A stretch of DNA of 62,896 nucleotides, counting the filler, from Globobulimina sp. (Eukaryota): NCBI GenBank assembly GCA_003354225.1. It is 43 parts of 43 records of this genome, joined end to end, with 100 filler letters (N's around TTAATTAATTAA, not from the genome) between each part and the next. Parts side by side here need not be neighbours in the genome. Positions count along the whole stretch, not along the records: positions 60,069 to 61,432 come from PIVH01017911.1; positions 61,533 to 62,896 come from PIVH01017912.1; 41 more parts are not named here. One strand, 5' to 3'. The notes below the pieces were generated by a model. That model was not told the origin of the DNA. It saw only the letters and a list, made by a program, of their open reading frames with translations, and did no database searches. How positions within the stretch are numbered: position 1 is the first letter of the stretch; each line of letters opens with the position of its first letter. Shown one piece after another: positions 60,384-62,896 of this stretch. The position numbers were made by a program, and so were the translations under genes.

Positions 60384-60979
60384 GTTCTGACTTTGTTCTG
60401 GATTTGCAATTTAAACCGAAGACAAAGTTATAATAAACACTTTTTACACAAACAAACCCAACACAAAGCAATAGCAAACCGTTTCCCGTTTCTGTATAAA
60501 AACATGTCCAAACTGAACCAGTAAGACAAGGAACATATCAATGGGATATTGATGATCCCACATTAATTAACAAAATAATAAATGCAGGAAATGGTAAAAA
60601 AATTGAATCGATATATTTAGAATTGGACAAATTAATTGGCGAATTAACATATTATACTGTAATACTTTTATTAAACAAAAAAACAGCAAGCACAAAAATG
60701 ATGAAACTAGAGTATGGTGAATTAATTAGACTTAAGGATGACTAGCTCACTTCAAGAAAATCTTAATATCAGGGTTTTCACCTCATAGACGAGAGTGCAA
60801 GGCAGGTTTTCCCAGGATTCTAGCATATGAAAGAAGAGACATACCCCTCATATAAGAACGTGTACAACCCCTTATATTTTGTGGGCATAACGATAATATT
60901 ATCTAAAACAAATACAACAAAAAAAAAGCAGTCGTAATTAGTACACAAAAGCAAAAAAAAAACATTATGTACACAAACA

Positions 60980-61390
60980 CGCGACCATAACACACAAATC
61001 TGAGCGCAGAACACAGCCATATATATCAGCACTGCGCTCTTATTGCGACTCAAACCCTGTTCCACGGTGTCATGCCCACTGGACGCGGTGCATTGCTCTG
61101 AGCCATCAAACGCCGTTTTGCAGCCAAACCGCATCACCGCCAAAATCACCCAATTTGCCATGATGAAGATGTCAAAGTAATTGCCGACATCCGTCAAATA
61201 GGCAGCGCCATCAAACGCCATTTGAGTCATCTCGCCGGCCACAAATCCAATGTTGAAAATCCACATTACATATTCTGTGACGCTTAGCGACGACGACAGA
61301 TCGTAATTGGCGCCGTTAACCACTGCACTCACAACGCATATATACACCATATACATCACCGACTCCGTCCAATATCTTCCAACGGGGCAA
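60980..61390 (-). CDS. Exon of a TRP-like cation channel (S1-S4 region)
   Basis: TM helices with GE..Q....G..YL.D..NYFD and W.R, followed by a GTGTGT donor. Confidence 0.6.
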
Positions 61391-61654
61391 TCTGTGCATT
61401 TGTGTATATACCGTGGTTCATCGCTTATTGTANNNNNNNNNNNNNNNNNNNNNNNNNNNNNNNNNNNNNNNNNNNNTTAATTAATTAANNNNNNNNNNNN
61501 NNNNNNNNNNNNNNNNNNNNNNNNNNNNNNNNGTCACAGCTGCAATATTCTTTAAATCTCATCTTGCAATTTTGCTGACTTAGTACTGGTAGTGAAAGTT
61601 TTGTGAACTTTTTTTTATAACAAAACAAACCATTTGTAGCTATTACTTAGTAGT

Positions 61655-62896
61655 ATGCGCGGTAGATCACAGCCAAGCAATTCTGCGTATGTATATATTG
61701 TTTCTTAGTATAGCAACACTTGAAAACAACAAACAACAAACAACAACCAGAGAAAGAATAGTCGTGTTAGGAACATCTGCACCAAATAGATTTCGTACAA
61801 CTGCGTCTGTATTGACATTTTTTTATAAAAATAATATTATTCGTAAATTTGAAGTGGAACAATGTTCAATTCATCAAAACAGTGAAATTATGATTAGATT
61901 TGGCACTAAATTTTCCGCTCAGTTATTCTCTCTAAAATTACACGTTTCAGAGGCTGCATCGCGTTACTTTCAAGTGATTAAATTGTGCTGTAATGAATTA
62001 GAGATATCACAATACATTGTACTAAATTTATGCGTCCAACGAAGATCAAGAGATGGCAATAAATTTGGAAACATTATCCGAAGATGGCGCGGTGAAGCCA
62101 TCATTGATTGCAATGCAGACCGGCGTCAGTTTTATATTTATTTATTCAACGGCGGCACCGATATAATAAACAACGACTGTTACATTCGCCTATCAATCGA
62201 CGATCGCATTTTAGAGAGGATATGTTTGCTAAATAATGATTATTCCGCAGGCATACGTTTTGAAGTCGGCGAACCCCCAAAATGCGAAATATATAAAGAA
62301 CCAACGATAATATCCATTGATCAAAACAAAAACAAAAACAACGAAAAGGATAATAAGAACAAGGCACCGCAAAATAATGACGATGAATCCGAGCATAAAT
62401 TGAATAAAGGACCAGTTTGCCCAAAAATATTATTAACCGGTTCATGTACAAACAAGTCCTGTACTTTTCGACATAATATGAATTCCTCCGATGTTGGTAA
62501 TAGCAAATTGGGCAATGATGAACAGTTTTGGTTGAATGAAAACAAGCAAAATCCTCTCAAAAACGAGCAATCCGATGACGATGATTGTTGTTTTAGTGAA
62601 GAAGAAGAATTAAAACAACCACAAATCAACAAAATGCGGCGCAACCACAACAACAAAAGGCGTAGTTATTATAATGGCAGTGTTTCCGGATGGAAGCCGG
62701 CCGCATATTATTCATTTAAACAATGTATAGATAAAACATATAATTTGGATAAAACGTCGGATGAATTGGAACAAGATAACCATCAATATGTGCCGTGGAC
62801 GTTTGAGATTGACAATAATAATAATTCCGATGCAGATACTTTAAACTCATTGCATAAGTTTCTAGGACAATGTTGGTTGTTTTGCGTAGAGTTTGT
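61655..62896 (+). CDS. Hypothetical protein with a CCCH zinc finger, 3'-partial; intron 61687-61750
   Basis: ATG 61655, GTATGT..CAG intron, then an open frame to the window end; C-x8-C-x4-C-x3-H (CPKILLTGSCTNKSCTFRH). Confidence 0.6.

Overview
This window is not one locus. It is 43 unrelated contigs of 1,366-1,364 bp, sorted by decreasing length and joined by 42 artificial 100-bp linkers (N44-TTAATTAATTAA-N44, which gives stops in all six frames), so no gene neighbourhood can be inferred across a linker. Most contigs come from an AT-rich, gene-dense eukaryote that uses the standard code and has short (about 58-80 nt) spliceosomal introns. PT-repeat surface proteins and SPRY, Kelch, ankyrin and TRP-like families point to a protist, most likely a foraminiferan (Rhizaria); this is an inference. 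Recognisable genes include NUDT14, an NDR kinase, MCM10, ABC-F, a soluble fumarate reductase, an HPP transporter, MsrB, PS decarboxylase, a PHOSPHO2-like phosphatase, JmjC, a UPF1-like helicase, ENT, a sulfotransferase and GT32. Several genes are decayed (ZIP, EHD, an LDLa membrane protein). Foreign or mobile sequences include a DIRS/Ngaro-type tyrosine recombinase in circularly permuted order, with no RT in the roughly 1.5 kb unit and a hairpin-rich spacer (the most intriguing item). Others are a viral-type Zn-finger/D5 primase-helicase, a BEL/Pao LTR-PBS-gag, a bacterial (Desulfobacterales-like) double-FHA gene, a roughly 670-bp palindrome, several MITE-like fold-backs and a 28-bp hairpin minisatellite. 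No rRNA, tRNA or CRISPR array was found. All family calls come from motif recognition by eye, not from database searches.
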